A stretch of DNA of 64,000 nucleotides from Candidatus Saccharibacteria bacterium UBA5150 (GTDB taxonomy: Bacteria > Patescibacteriota > Saccharimonadia > Saccharimonadales > UBA4665), in NCBI GenBank assembly GCA_002413795.1, contig DHXS01000009.1:7820-71819 (forward strand), read 5' to 3'. The stretch's first letter is position 1. Each line of letters opens with the position of its first letter. The notes beneath the pieces are model-generated. The model saw only the letters and a list, made by a program, of their open reading frames with translations, did no database searches and was not told the DNA's origin. Positions 42,037 through 51,522 of this stretch are shown in pieces. Made by a program: the position numbers and the translations under genes.

Positions 42037-43854
42037 TTACAGGTTGTCATCGGCCGCTACCCGGTTAATTTCATCCAGCGTAGTCAGCCCGGCCAGAGCT
42101 TTCAGGTAACCGTCCTGCCGCATAGTCACCATGCCTTCTGCCTGAGCGGCGTGCTCGATTTCCGTGCTGGTAGACTGCTTCATGATCAGGCCCTGAATGG
42201 CCTCCGACACGTTAAAGGCCTCAAATAAGCCCACTCGACCCTTGTAGCCGCCTGGCGTGTCGGGGGTATCCGTACCCTTGCTTAAAGTATAAGCGGTTTG
42301 GCTCTTTAAGGGCAAGCTTTTATAGCCCAGATTGGGAGCCAGGCTAGCCGCTTGTTCGGCGGTATCCGGCAGGAGAGACCCGAGCGTGGCCTGGATGGCG
42401 GCCGTTTCGGCGGCCGTCGATTGATAGGTTTGGCGGCCTTCGGGGGCAATGCGCCGCACCAGCCGCTGGCCGATGACGGTACGGACGGTACTGGCAATCA
42501 GGAACGGTTCGACGCCCATATCTAAAAGGCGCGGCAGAATGCCGGCGGCGCTGTTGGTGTGCAGGGTGCTGAACACCAGGTGGCCGGTCAGGGCGGCCTG
42601 GACGGCCAATTGGGCGGTTTCTTTGTCGCGAATCTCGCCGACCATCACCACGTCGGGGTCCTGGCGCAGAATACTGCGCAGGCCCGAGGCAAAGGTCAGG
42701 CCGACCTCCGGGTTGACCTGAATCTGGTTAATGCCGTCCATTTTGTACTCTACCGGGTCTTCCAGGGTGACGATGTTAACGGCGTCGTTTTTGACCTCCT
42801 GGAGCATTGAGTACATCGAAGTCGACTTACCCGAGCCGGTCGGGCCGCTGGTCAGAATCATGCCGTTGGTCTGCTTGAGGCCCTCACGGATAACGTTGAG
42901 CGGCCGGCCGTTGTAGCCCATGTCTTCCAGTTTCAGCGAGGTCCCGGTTTTATCGAGCAAACGGATGACCACCTGCTCGCCCCAGACAATCGGCGCGATG
43001 GCAATACGCAGGTCGATGCTCTTATTATTACCAGCCAGAAAAGTAAACTGGCCGTCCTGCGGGGTGCGGTGTTCGTCGATTTTCAGGTTGGATAAAATTT
43101 TAATGCGCGAGATCAGCGCCGCTTCGGTGTTTTTGGGCAAACGCATGACTTCGCGCAGGACGCCGTCGACGCGGCAGCGTACCTTAACCTCTTTTTCCAT
43201 CGGCTCGATGTGAACGTCGCTGGCGCGGTTTTGGGCGGCGAATTCCAGGATGGCCGACAGGGCTTTGCTGATCGGCGAATCTTCGACCAGATCTTTAATG
43301 CTAATGACTTTGTTCTTGTTGCCTTTAACGGCCGCGGCCGTGCCCTCGGGCTCCTTGCCGGTAGCATCCAGGTGAGATTGCAGGGTGTCGTCAATTTGGG
43401 TGTCCAGGCGGGTACTGTATTGGCGTAATACCTGGCGGATGCCGGCCTCGCTGGCGGCATACACTTTTAGAGGCTTGGCGATGCGGTTGCTCAAAAAATC
43501 GACGGCCTGGACGTTATCGGCGTCCAGCATGGCTACCACCAGCCGGTGCTGCATTTGCCCCAGCGGCACGGCCATGTAGCGCTCGGCGATGTCCTGCGGC
43601 AGTAATTTAAGGATTTTGGGGTCGATTCGGGCCTGCGTCAGGTTAACGTAAGGCACTTTAGTAATGCCGGCGTGGGCTTTGGTCAGCTGTTCATCGGTAA
43701 TGTAGCTGTTCTTAACCATGTAACTAAGCAGGGGTTCACTGGCCTTGTCGGCTTCGGTCTTGGCCTGGGCCAGCTTGTCGGCCGTCACCATGCCGGCTTC
43801 CAACAAGGCAGCCTCTACTTGCTGCTGACTGCTGGCCGATAAAACAACACTCAT
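42037..43854 (-). CDS. pilB: Type IV pilus assembly ATPase (GspE/PilB)
   Basis: N-terminal GSPII-like domain, SGPTGSGKSTS. 605 aa. Confidence 0.9.
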   Translation of the reverse strand: MSVVLSASSQQQVEAALLEAGMVTADKLAQAKTEADKASEPLLSYMVKNSYITDEQLTKAHAGITKVPYVNLTQARIDPKILKLLPQDIAERYMAVPLGQMQHRLVVAMLDADNVQAVDFLSNRIAKPLKVYAASEAGIRQVLRQYSTRLDTQIDDTLQSHLDATGKEPEGTAAAVKGNKNKVISIKDLVEDSPISKALSAILEFAAQNRASDVHIEPMEKEVKVRCRVDGVLREVMRLPKNTEAALISRIKILSNLKIDEHRTPQDGQFTFLAGNNKSIDLRIAIAPIVWGEQVVIRLLDKTGTSLKLEDMGYNGRPLNVIREGLKQTNGMILTSGPTGSGKSTSMYSMLQEVKNDAVNIVTLEDPVEYKMDGINQIQVNPEVGLTFASGLRSILRQDPDVVMVGEIRDKETAQLAVQAALTGHLVFSTLHTNSAAGILPRLLDMGVEPFLIASTVRTVIGQRLVRRIAPEGRQTYQSTAAETAAIQATLGSLLPDTAEQAASLAPNLGYKSLPLKSQTAYTLSKGTDTPDTPGGYKGRVGLFEAFNVSEAIQGLIMKQSTSTEIEHAAQAEGMVTMRQDGYLKALAGLTTLDEINRVAADDNL

Positions 43855-43869
43855 GGCCGCGAGGTCCTT

Positions 43870-44121
43870 TTATGGCGCACTGGCACTAAAGGGATCAGGG
43901 TTGGGATTCTGACCGATAGTAATCTGCTTGGTGGGGTCGAAAGCCTTGTTGTTGAAGTAAGCGGGATTAGGCGTTGGGAAATCGGCGGTGATCGGCTGGA
44001 CGACTTCGGCCTGTTGTTGGCGGGTCTTGGGCGAGCCAAATAACAGATTGGAAGCCACCAGCGAGATTACGGCGCTTAGAAAAACGACTGCGGCCAGTAA
44101 GGCTAGATCTTTTTGCTTCAT
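43870..44121 (-). CDS. Small membrane-anchored pilus-locus protein
   Basis: 83 aa with one TM helix and a Pro/Asn-rich tail. It overlaps the upstream gene. Confidence 0.45.
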   Translation of the reverse strand: MKQKDLALLAAVVFLSAVISLVASNLLFGSPKTRQQQAEVVQPITADFPTPNPAYFNNKAFDPTKQITIGQNPNPDPFSASAP

Positions 44122-44795
44122 TTGACCACCTTCTTGGTAATATTAAGGCTTTTAGCGGGCTGGTAATAGGTATGTGCCTTGACGGTCAAGGTCAGGTTAT
44201 TGGCGCCGCCGGCCAGATTGATGGAATCGATCTGGATCGGGCGGATAGACTGCTGAAGAGCCGAGATTAGTTGCTGAACGGATAAATAGTTGGCGTTGCC
44301 GACGCTAAACGAGAACGGCATGGGCACCGGCTGGGGTGACGGGCTGGAGCTGTTGCCCTGCTGGGTCAGCTGGTCGTCAATACCGGTAATGTCAGTAACG
44401 TGCAGGTTGCGGTCGATCAGGATTTTTTCCAGGCTGGAGGTCAGCGCCGGGAAGTCGTAAGCGCTCGGCAAGGCATCCAGCACGATCTTGGTATTATGAC
44501 CGTCGTTATCGCCCTTGCCGTTGCTGCTGCCGCCAATTACGTTGGTAGACTTGCTGTCAAATGCCTGATACGAATCAGCCAGACTGCTAAAGGCTTTGAC
44601 GTTCTTCTGCAATTGGCTGTGGGCCTTTTCTTTAGCGGTGGTAACTTTGGCCTGGTAGCGGGTTTGGACCCATACCGAGTGGGCGGCGAACAGACAGAAG
44701 ATCGTTATGAACGAGGCCGCGGCCACAATGCCGACCACCTGGGCGTTGGCCTTGCCGATGGCGCCCCATTTATCGGAGATTTGTTTATTGGCCAT
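44118..44795 (-). CDS. PilO-like pilus assembly protein
   Basis: TM helix plus coiled coil, in the position after pilN. Confidence 0.55.
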   Translation of the reverse strand: MANKQISDKWGAIGKANAQVVGIVAAASFITIFCLFAAHSVWVQTRYQAKVTTAKEKAHSQLQKNVKAFSSLADSYQAFDSKSTNVIGGSSNGKGDNDGHNTKIVLDALPSAYDFPALTSSLEKILIDRNLHVTDITGIDDQLTQQGNSSSPSPQPVPMPFSFSVGNANYLSVQQLISALQQSIRPIQIDSINLAGGANNLTLTVKAHTYYQPAKSLNITKKVVK

Positions 44796-45495
44796 TGGTT
44801 GCTCCCTTGCTGGTTGGCGGCGCGGCCTGGAACAAATCGGTCGGTTGGGTGGCTTCGGAACGGGTGGTCACCTGGGTAGGTACATCCAGTTTAACTTTTT
44901 GGGTGATGTCGAAAATTGTCTTGTCATAAGACAAAGTAATGGTATAGGAAGCCGCCTGTGAGGGATTCTTGGTGTCGTTATTCAAAGCAAAACTACCCAG
45001 CACAATATTGTTAAAGGCCGCCGCGGCCTTGCTATTGGTGTCGGTGGTATATTTGGTGAACTTCAGTGTATCGACATACTTGTTGACGTTACTCAGGGCA
45101 TCGGCCGTGCCGGTAATGGTGACGGTCTGCTGGGTAAAATCAATATCGAAAGTGCTGATGGCGACCTGGGTCGGGGTAACCTGGTTCAGGTAATCAAACA
45201 GCTGTGAGGCGGCCGGCTTGGCGTCGTGCAGGGCGGTCAGGCTTTCCAGCTGGTTCTGGACGGTCAGAATTTTGGTAATCTGCGGCTCTTTCTGCAGTTT
45301 TTGGCTGTCGGTGGCAATATCGCGGCTCAAATCGGACAAATGTTTCTTTTGCAGGCCACTGACGCTCAATAATAAGAGTAAAAGCACCAGTGAGGCGGTG
45401 CCGACTATAAGGGCGATGCTGACCGCCAGGCGCCGGGCGCGCTGGGCCTTAATGTATTCCAGTTTGACGTCGGGAAGCAGGTTAAGCTGGATCAT
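44785..45495 (-). CDS. pilN: PilN-like pilus assembly protein
   Basis: MIQLNLLPDVK is the INLLP motif, followed by a TM helix. Confidence 0.75.
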   Translation of the reverse strand: MIQLNLLPDVKLEYIKAQRARRLAVSIALIVGTASLVLLLLLLSVSGLQKKHLSDLSRDIATDSQKLQKEPQITKILTVQNQLESLTALHDAKPAASQLFDYLNQVTPTQVAISTFDIDFTQQTVTITGTADALSNVNKYVDTLKFTKYTTDTNSKAAAAFNNIVLGSFALNNDTKNPSQAASYTITLSYDKTIFDITQKVKLDVPTQVTTRSEATQPTDLFQAAPPTSKGATNGQ

Positions 45496-46535
45496 GACGC
45501 ACTCCTCTGGGCCAGCCCGGCGGCCACGCCGAACTGGTTAGATACCGCCGCCAGCTCGTTCTGGCGCTCCAGGCTGAAGCCGACGTTGCGCCAGGCATTG
45601 CCAATCTCAACGCTCATACCGAACTTATTAGCCACGTACAGGGGGAATTCGGGCAGAACCGAGGCGCCGCCGCTGACAATAATGTGCTCCAGCTTGCTAC
45701 TGCTGTAGCGGGTCTGGAAGAACTTAATAGACTTTTCAATTTCGGCCGTTAACAGGTCGATTGTCGAGTTAATCGACTGGAAGACCTGCCCTTCCAGCTT
45801 GTCTTTGCTTAGGCCAAATTTAAAGACGAATTGCTCGGCCTGCTTGGCATCGATGTTAAGGTTTTGGGTGGCGGCCCGCACAATCGCTTCCACGCCGGTC
45901 GGAATACTGCGGGTTAGGCTGGGTACGCCGTTGCGCAAAATCACCAGGTCGGTCGACAAGCGACCCATATCGAGTATTAGTTGCGGTTCGGCATCCGGCG
46001 CGGCCAGGGCGCGGGCCATAGCCAGATTGTCCGGCTCAAAAGCAATAACGTTCAGCCCGATCGACTCCAGCAGGTCCAGCCGGCCCTCGATGAACTTGTT
46101 GGGAACAGAGGTCAGCAGGACTTCCTGTTTGGTCTTATCAACTTCCGAATCGCCGATCAGCGCCCAGTCAATCTTGGATTCGGCCAGCGGCGTCGGAATC
46201 AGCGAATCGGCCTGGTAACGGATAGCCTGGTCGAGTTCGGAGTTGGGCAGGCGGTCGGCATCGGCCACCGTCGTGAAAACCCGGCTGGAGGGAATGCCCA
46301 CGGCCACGTTCTTGGTGCCAACCTTGGCCTGGGCCACCAGCTGAGCGATTAACTTGGCCAGTTTCTGCTGGTCACCCTTGGCTTCGCTGAGCGATAAGTT
46401 GCCTTCCAGCGGCACGTAAGCGTACTTCAGCAAGGCCTTCGGCACGGTGTTACCACGCAGTTCGACCAGCCGCACGGCGGTTGAACCGATATCGAGGCCG
46501 AAAAAGTCGGCGTGGCCGGCGTCAAAAATGCTCAT
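45492..46535 (-). CDS. pilM: PilM, actin-like pilus assembly ATPase
   Basis: FGLDIGSTAVRLVEL..SGGAS shows the actin fold. 347 aa. Confidence 0.85.
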   Translation of the reverse strand: MSIFDAGHADFFGLDIGSTAVRLVELRGNTVPKALLKYAYVPLEGNLSLSEAKGDQQKLAKLIAQLVAQAKVGTKNVAVGIPSSRVFTTVADADRLPNSELDQAIRYQADSLIPTPLAESKIDWALIGDSEVDKTKQEVLLTSVPNKFIEGRLDLLESIGLNVIAFEPDNLAMARALAAPDAEPQLILDMGRLSTDLVILRNGVPSLTRSIPTGVEAIVRAATQNLNIDAKQAEQFVFKFGLSKDKLEGQVFQSINSTIDLLTAEIEKSIKFFQTRYSSSKLEHIIVSGGASVLPEFPLYVANKFGMSVEIGNAWRNVGFSLERQNELAAVSNQFGVAAGLAQRSAS

Positions 46536-46547
46536 AATCTAGCTCCG

Positions 46548-46561
46548 ATTATAGCATAAGC
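46548..46561 (-). promoter_or_regulatory. Extended -10 promoter of the pilM operon (rc GCTTATGCTATAAT)
   Basis: A perfect TGnTATAAT element 12 nt upstream of the pilM ATG. Confidence 0.5.
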
Positions 46562-46634
46562 GTGATCTGTTATGGTTATGGCCCACCCCATAGTTGCTGT
46601 TTATTTCCTGCTTACTTTTTACCCTTTAAGCTTA

Positions 46635-49600
46635 TCATAAGACCGGGGATAAGCTAGTGATCGAGTCGTAGACGCCGGCCGTCGGGCCGGAGTTCTTATT
46701 TATGGCCGGCTGGGCCAGGTAAATCGCCGGATTAAAGTTAAAGATTTCGCCGGCGCAGTCACCCAGGCTGGTCGTGGTGCTCAGCCCTGCGCCCTCGGTG
46801 CCCTTACTGCAGTCACGGTTGCCCGGAGTCTGGACGTTTTCACCATCCACACTGAACCTTAGCGAGCCGAAGGTACGGTCCAGGTGGACTTTATTGGCTA
46901 TGAAGGCCCCGTTCACCAGTAGCTGGCGGTGACAGGTGCTGTATTTACTGCCGTTATCGAAGCGGCCATTGGCCGAGGCACACGAATCAATATTGCCGCC
47001 ACTGCCGCTAGACGGCTGGGCTACCAGAATGGCATCCAGCCGGCTGACCGCCGGGTCAATGTAGATGTTGCCGCCCTTGGCAATAATGTACACCGAAGGT
47101 ATATCACCGGTTTTAGTCCACGAGCTGTTCTGGAAAACAATGTCGGAGGTTATGTAGGCATTGCCCTTCACGTAAATGGCAATCGCCTTGCCGTCGGCAA
47201 TCAGGCCGCCGTTAATCTTCTGGGACGTGCTGGCCGGCGGCTGGTAATAGGAGGCTTTGTCCAAAGAACTCACGTTAATATCGGCCCCGGACGTGTTTGG
47301 TGTAGCCAGGCTGGCCGGTTTGGTGGCAAAGTAATCCGATATGCAGTGCGTGCCGCCCAGCAGGCCGCCATTATTGGGGGCCGGCAGGCTACTGCCGCTA
47401 ATCCCCTTGGTATTGGAGAACGTTAGCCCTATCGGCGCCAGCGCAAATGGATTGGGATCGGTCGGTTTCTGGGTCCGCAGGTTGGCACTGCTAAAGCCCA
47501 GAATCTGGTTAATCGACAAGGCCCCAAACTGCGTGCCGGAGCCCCGCTTCTTACCATCATAGGTATAGGTGTAAATACTGCCATCGCTGGTACAGGTGCT
47601 ATCCGCGAAACTGCCTCCCGCCGACACATCACTGCCAAAGGCATGGGTGTACGGCTCGTTGACAATGTTCGACGAACAAACTTCCGGCGCGCCGTAGCTG
47701 CCACTCTGTGAGACGTGCACGATGCGACCGTCATAATTATCAACCAGTCCGGTCAGCCAAGATGCCGTCAGATCCATACATATACGGTCGCCTATTCTAA
47801 GCGGCGGAACGCTAACACTTGCCGAATCGGTAGCTTGCGTGCTGGTATTGCCGGATGCCGGTAAAGCAGGTGGAATAACCGTCCCGCCGCCGGATGACTT
47901 GCTATAAAGCGAAACTGCCGAGCCATCTACGCTACGCACAAGGTAGTTGGCCGCCCAATCCATCTCGCGCTGAATAGGCACCCGTACCGGTGCGTTCGGA
48001 TCGGGCGGCGTCCACGGCAAATATCCAGGCTTAGGCGACTCCAGACCATAATTAATGGCTAGGGTGCTGGAGAAATTAACGGTATTGGGATCCTCATTAC
48101 TAGGACTCAACAGGACGTTATTGCCATGCGTACCGCCGGTATCCATATTAAAATTGCGGTTGTAGCACGGGGACAGGTCCTTGGGATGATATATGAACGG
48201 CAAGCCCTGGTTGGGAGTAATGCCGGTAAGGCTCCATGAACCGCCCGTAACATTACCTTCGGCATCGTAAGTGGCGTTATATACCGCATCCCAGCGATAG
48301 TAATATTCGGTGTAGTAGATGGACATGTGGTGCATGTCGTACGGATACTGCTCTATGAAGTCCGTATAGTCCGCCGAAAATGGATTAGGATGCTGCCCTT
48401 TCGGACTCCATTTATCAGACGTTTGCCCAAATTGATCGTAAAAGGCATCTATCTCGTAATTACCGTTTGGTATATAAGCAGTCGCGGTTTGTCCATCGCT
48501 TGGATTGCCCGGCAAGCCGCCTTGTACACCGCTATCGGGTAGATTGAATGCATAGTTGGGATCGGGCATGCTGGGACAACCGATTCCCTGACAACCTGGT
48601 TGCCCTGGTGTGCACGATCCACCACAGGGTATGGTGCCTACATCTCCCGAATCTTGATAGGGGGGCCAAGTAGCCGGATTACTAGGATCACCGCCATTAT
48701 GATAATGCCGCTCTATTACCCAATGCAGGTCGCCCTTGGCATTATAGTTCCAGGTTTTACTGACGCCTTGTCCTAAATGGTATTTATATGCAATGAAGCC
48801 ATTAGCATCGGCGATTGACACATAAGTATTGGTGCTATAGGTTTTCCCGTTAACTGTGTGTGTGCGATCATCGGTGACTGTCATTTGATAACAACCTGGG
48901 GTAGGTCCACCGCAACTTGCTTTCGCAGTATATGGTGGTCCCGTACTCGTTGGAGGTTGCCATTGACCGTTATCATCTTGTAATATCAAATAATAATTTT
49001 TGCCACTTATGCCGTTTGGTATAGTGCCAGAGGCATAGCCAGCCTTGTTAGTGGAACTGTCAACGTCTGTACTGAAGCCGTTGCGAGATGAATTTTGATG
49101 AACAATTTTAAATCGCGTCGGTAAACCAGGATCGTCAGCATCGGATCCGGCGACAATGTAATCAATTTGACCCCCATTGCATTGGAGATTGATACTACCT
49201 TGCGGGTTGCTATTTTTCACCGTGAAGCACTGGGGTTTTGACTGCTTTACGACGTGCGAAGCAACGACATTTTCCTCGTGAGGGTTCCAGCCATTAGGAT
49301 CGTAGTCTGGGAAGTATTTAATATTGCGCGTAAACCTTACTGACACATTCAGCCTGGCACAAAAACCCCCTTCCACTGACTTAGGTAAGTTCAAGTCAAA
49401 AGAATAACCATTGGAGCTATTTGTAGCATTTTCCCAATAAACCATCTGGCCCTGTTTAAGGCAGTCCTCTACTCCATTGACATGGTCGTTTGGATTGTAT
49501 GCTATCGGGCTTGAATTGTCTCCGTTTTTTATTTTCGAATCATCATAACTGGACCCAGTACCGATATCTCTATAGTTATAGACTGTGCCGAAGGTTTTGT

Positions 49601-50087
49601 TTCCGTCTCCTGGGCAAGTAGAGGCATGCCCATGATCTGAGCCCCCTGGCTCATTTATATGCTGAATATTGTTAAAGTTTTGCGGCTCTTGACTGCCATT
49701 AGGCGAGCCCAAAAGTTGGGGTTCACCGTCTATGGTAACCCATACTAGTACTTCTGTATTCTGTCGATTATTATTTTTAGGCCCACCAGTAGTCGAATTA
49801 TATCCTCCTGTAAAATGTATAGTGCTACCAATATTACGAATAGTCTGGCCATATGCGGTTCCGTACTTACCACTATCTTGATCTTGACCAACTAAGTTAA
49901 TATTATCTGTGTATGCGGGATCGGATCCGCACAAAAAACTGTAAGGGAAGTTGTCAACGTCATTTGGCTTTGAGCCTCCCTGACAAACAGACCCAAACCC
50001 ACGAGTTGCGTATGTAGTGCTATGGCTTAAAGAAAAAAGGCCAAGGAGCGCAAGTAAACCAACCACCACCAAATATATTTTTTTCAT
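46635..50087 (-). CDS. Large secreted protein of unknown function, upstream of the pilus operon
   Basis: 1150-aa ORF with signal peptide MKKIYLVVVGLLALLGLFSLSHSTTYA. Rich in G/N/P/Y/S. No prepilin motif. Confidence 0.8.
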   Translation of the reverse strand: MKKIYLVVVGLLALLGLFSLSHSTTYATRGFGSVCQGGSKPNDVDNFPYSFLCGSDPAYTDNINLVGQDQDSGKYGTAYGQTIRNIGSTIHFTGGYNSTTGGPKNNNRQNTEVLVWVTIDGEPQLLGSPNGSQEPQNFNNIQHINEPGGSDHGHASTCPGDGNKTFGTVYNYRDIGTGSSYDDSKIKNGDNSSPIAYNPNDHVNGVEDCLKQGQMVYWENATNSSNGYSFDLNLPKSVEGGFCARLNVSVRFTRNIKYFPDYDPNGWNPHEENVVASHVVKQSKPQCFTVKNSNPQGSINLQCNGGQIDYIVAGSDADDPGLPTRFKIVHQNSSRNGFSTDVDSSTNKAGYASGTIPNGISGKNYYLILQDDNGQWQPPTSTGPPYTAKASCGGPTPGCYQMTVTDDRTHTVNGKTYSTNTYVSIADANGFIAYKYHLGQGVSKTWNYNAKGDLHWVIERHYHNGGDPSNPATWPPYQDSGDVGTIPCGGSCTPGQPGCQGIGCPSMPDPNYAFNLPDSGVQGGLPGNPSDGQTATAYIPNGNYEIDAFYDQFGQTSDKWSPKGQHPNPFSADYTDFIEQYPYDMHHMSIYYTEYYYRWDAVYNATYDAEGNVTGGSWSLTGITPNQGLPFIYHPKDLSPCYNRNFNMDTGGTHGNNVLLSPSNEDPNTVNFSSTLAINYGLESPKPGYLPWTPPDPNAPVRVPIQREMDWAANYLVRSVDGSAVSLYSKSSGGGTVIPPALPASGNTSTQATDSASVSVPPLRIGDRICMDLTASWLTGLVDNYDGRIVHVSQSGSYGAPEVCSSNIVNEPYTHAFGSDVSAGGSFADSTCTSDGSIYTYTYDGKKRGSGTQFGALSINQILGFSSANLRTQKPTDPNPFALAPIGLTFSNTKGISGSSLPAPNNGGLLGGTHCISDYFATKPASLATPNTSGADINVSSLDKASYYQPPASTSQKINGGLIADGKAIAIYVKGNAYITSDIVFQNSSWTKTGDIPSVYIIAKGGNIYIDPAVSRLDAILVAQPSSGSGGNIDSCASANGRFDNGSKYSTCHRQLLVNGAFIANKVHLDRTFGSLRFSVDGENVQTPGNRDCSKGTEGAGLSTTTSLGDCAGEIFNFNPAIYLAQPAINKNSGPTAGVYDSITSLSPVL

Positions 50088-50170
50088 AAAACAATGTCGT
50101 TTATGCTTTTAAGCATACACAACTGTTGGTATAGGTGTAAATAGTAATAGGGGCTTGCTTTACTTCTGGC

Positions 50171-50797
50171 TTATACGGGTTTGGCGTATACAGCAAACTC
50201 TGTTGCTGCTTTAGGAGCGGTAATGTCCATATTATCTCGATAATGTCCTGCGGTTCGAGTATGGCTCGTAGGCTTAGGGAAATAGAAATGATGATCGTTC
50301 GTAATCTTCATTATTGCGCATAATTTAGCACGCTTAAGATGATAACTATAATCGACAAGGCTAGGTGCGTATTCTGTTACATCAATAGCTATACCGTGGC
50401 TTCCCTTGCGTTTGTAACCCGAGGTCTTACGATGCTTATAGCCAGGTATACCTAGGGAAGTTCCTAATACAATCGGACAGCTTCTGCTTAACTCTTTCTC
50501 TTTTTTTATTACATTCGGGTCAGTTGCAGTATGTTGGTTGTCGCTCGATAACTTACGGGGTGCTTCGGGGGACATAAATGAGCTGGCAGTGTGGCCAGGC
50601 ATGGCTTCTGCGGAAACAGTTGCGGCTTTAGCGATACCTAAAGTCGCTATAACGGCACCCCCGATAGCCAGAGCTTTATTCAAAGTTAAAAACCGACTCT
50701 GCTCTTCTGGAGCAGCTTCAATTGTGGATGCTGGGGCGTACTCTGGAGGGGTCATGGAACCCGCCTCGTTTACATAATTACAAGGCAATAGTACCAC
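50171..50797 (-). CDS. Hypothetical secreted/membrane-anchored protein (low GC)
   Basis: 208-aa ORF with one hydrophobic segment. No motif recognised. Confidence 0.45.
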   Translation of the reverse strand: MVLLPCNYVNEAGSMTPPEYAPASTIEAAPEEQSRFLTLNKALAIGGAVIATLGIAKAATVSAEAMPGHTASSFMSPEAPRKLSSDNQHTATDPNVIKKEKELSRSCPIVLGTSLGIPGYKHRKTSGYKRKGSHGIAIDVTEYAPSLVDYSYHLKRAKLCAIMKITNDHHFYFPKPTSHTRTAGHYRDNMDITAPKAATEFAVYAKPV

Positions 50798-50837
50798 GCA
50801 ATGTCAATAAAAGCAAGGTGCTTATGGAATTACTACG

Positions 50838-51209
50838 TTAAGCTGTAACCGGATCAAATAAACGAAGATTTGGTATCTTTTCAAAATCCTCAGTATTGTG
50901 TGTCCATAAGGTAAGGTCGTTAACCAGTGCTGTGGCGGCAATGATTGAGTCAGGCAGTTCGGCGTTCACCGTTCGTCGAATCTCAATGACTTTACCTGTA
51001 ATTGCATCGTCAAATAGATGATTCTTCATGGTGACAAATAAATCTTCAAAATACTGTGCATCGGTGTTGTCTATATCCTTATAGCCAAGCACCTCGGCAA
51101 TGACAATATTACAGGTATGCAGTCTTGCATCATGTAATTGGGCAGCAATTTTCTCGCCTAGCTCAGGATCACGAAGATAAATCAGTATATTACTATCCAG
51201 CAGGGTCAA
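50838..51209 (-). CDS. vapC: PIN-domain toxin
   Basis: MTLLDSNILIYL and acidic residues typical of PIN domains. 123 aa. Confidence 0.8.
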   Translation of the reverse strand: MTLLDSNILIYLRDPELGEKIAAQLHDARLHTCNIVIAEVLGYKDIDNTDAQYFEDLFVTMKNHLFDDAITGKVIEIRRTVNAELPDSIIAATALVNDLTLWTHNTEDFEKIPNLRLFDPVTA

Positions 51210-51460
51210 GGCTTTATTTCTTTCCGCGGGTCACTCCATAAGCGCTGTTTGCGTTGCCAGTCTACGGGATTGGCTATGCCCTTAATAGCTCCAGACTTTT
51301 TACCATAACTAACGAGAGCGGCTAGAGCCTGCCGTTGTTTATCAAGAGGCTCTTCTATAGTAACTTTGTCGCCCAGCTTGAGGTTATTATCATCAATGTA
51401 GCGCTTCGGTACACGAAGTGCGTATGAATTGCCTGTTTTGGTAACAATGCCTTGTGTCAT
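51206..51460 (-). CDS. vapB: AbrB/MazE (SpoVT-AbrB) type antitoxin
   Basis: GNSYALRVPKRYIDDNNLKLGDKVTIEE. It overlaps vapC by 4 nt. The track's N-terminal extension overlaps the neighbouring gene. Confidence 0.7.
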   Translation of the reverse strand: MTQGIVTKTGNSYALRVPKRYIDDNNLKLGDKVTIEEPLDKQRQALAALVSYGKKSGAIKGIANPVDWQRKQRLWSDPRKEIKP

Positions 51461-51522
51461 ACGTTCAATTGTACTTACACGTACTAACAAAGTCAAGCGC
51501 TTGTGGTTATCCTTGTGCATAT

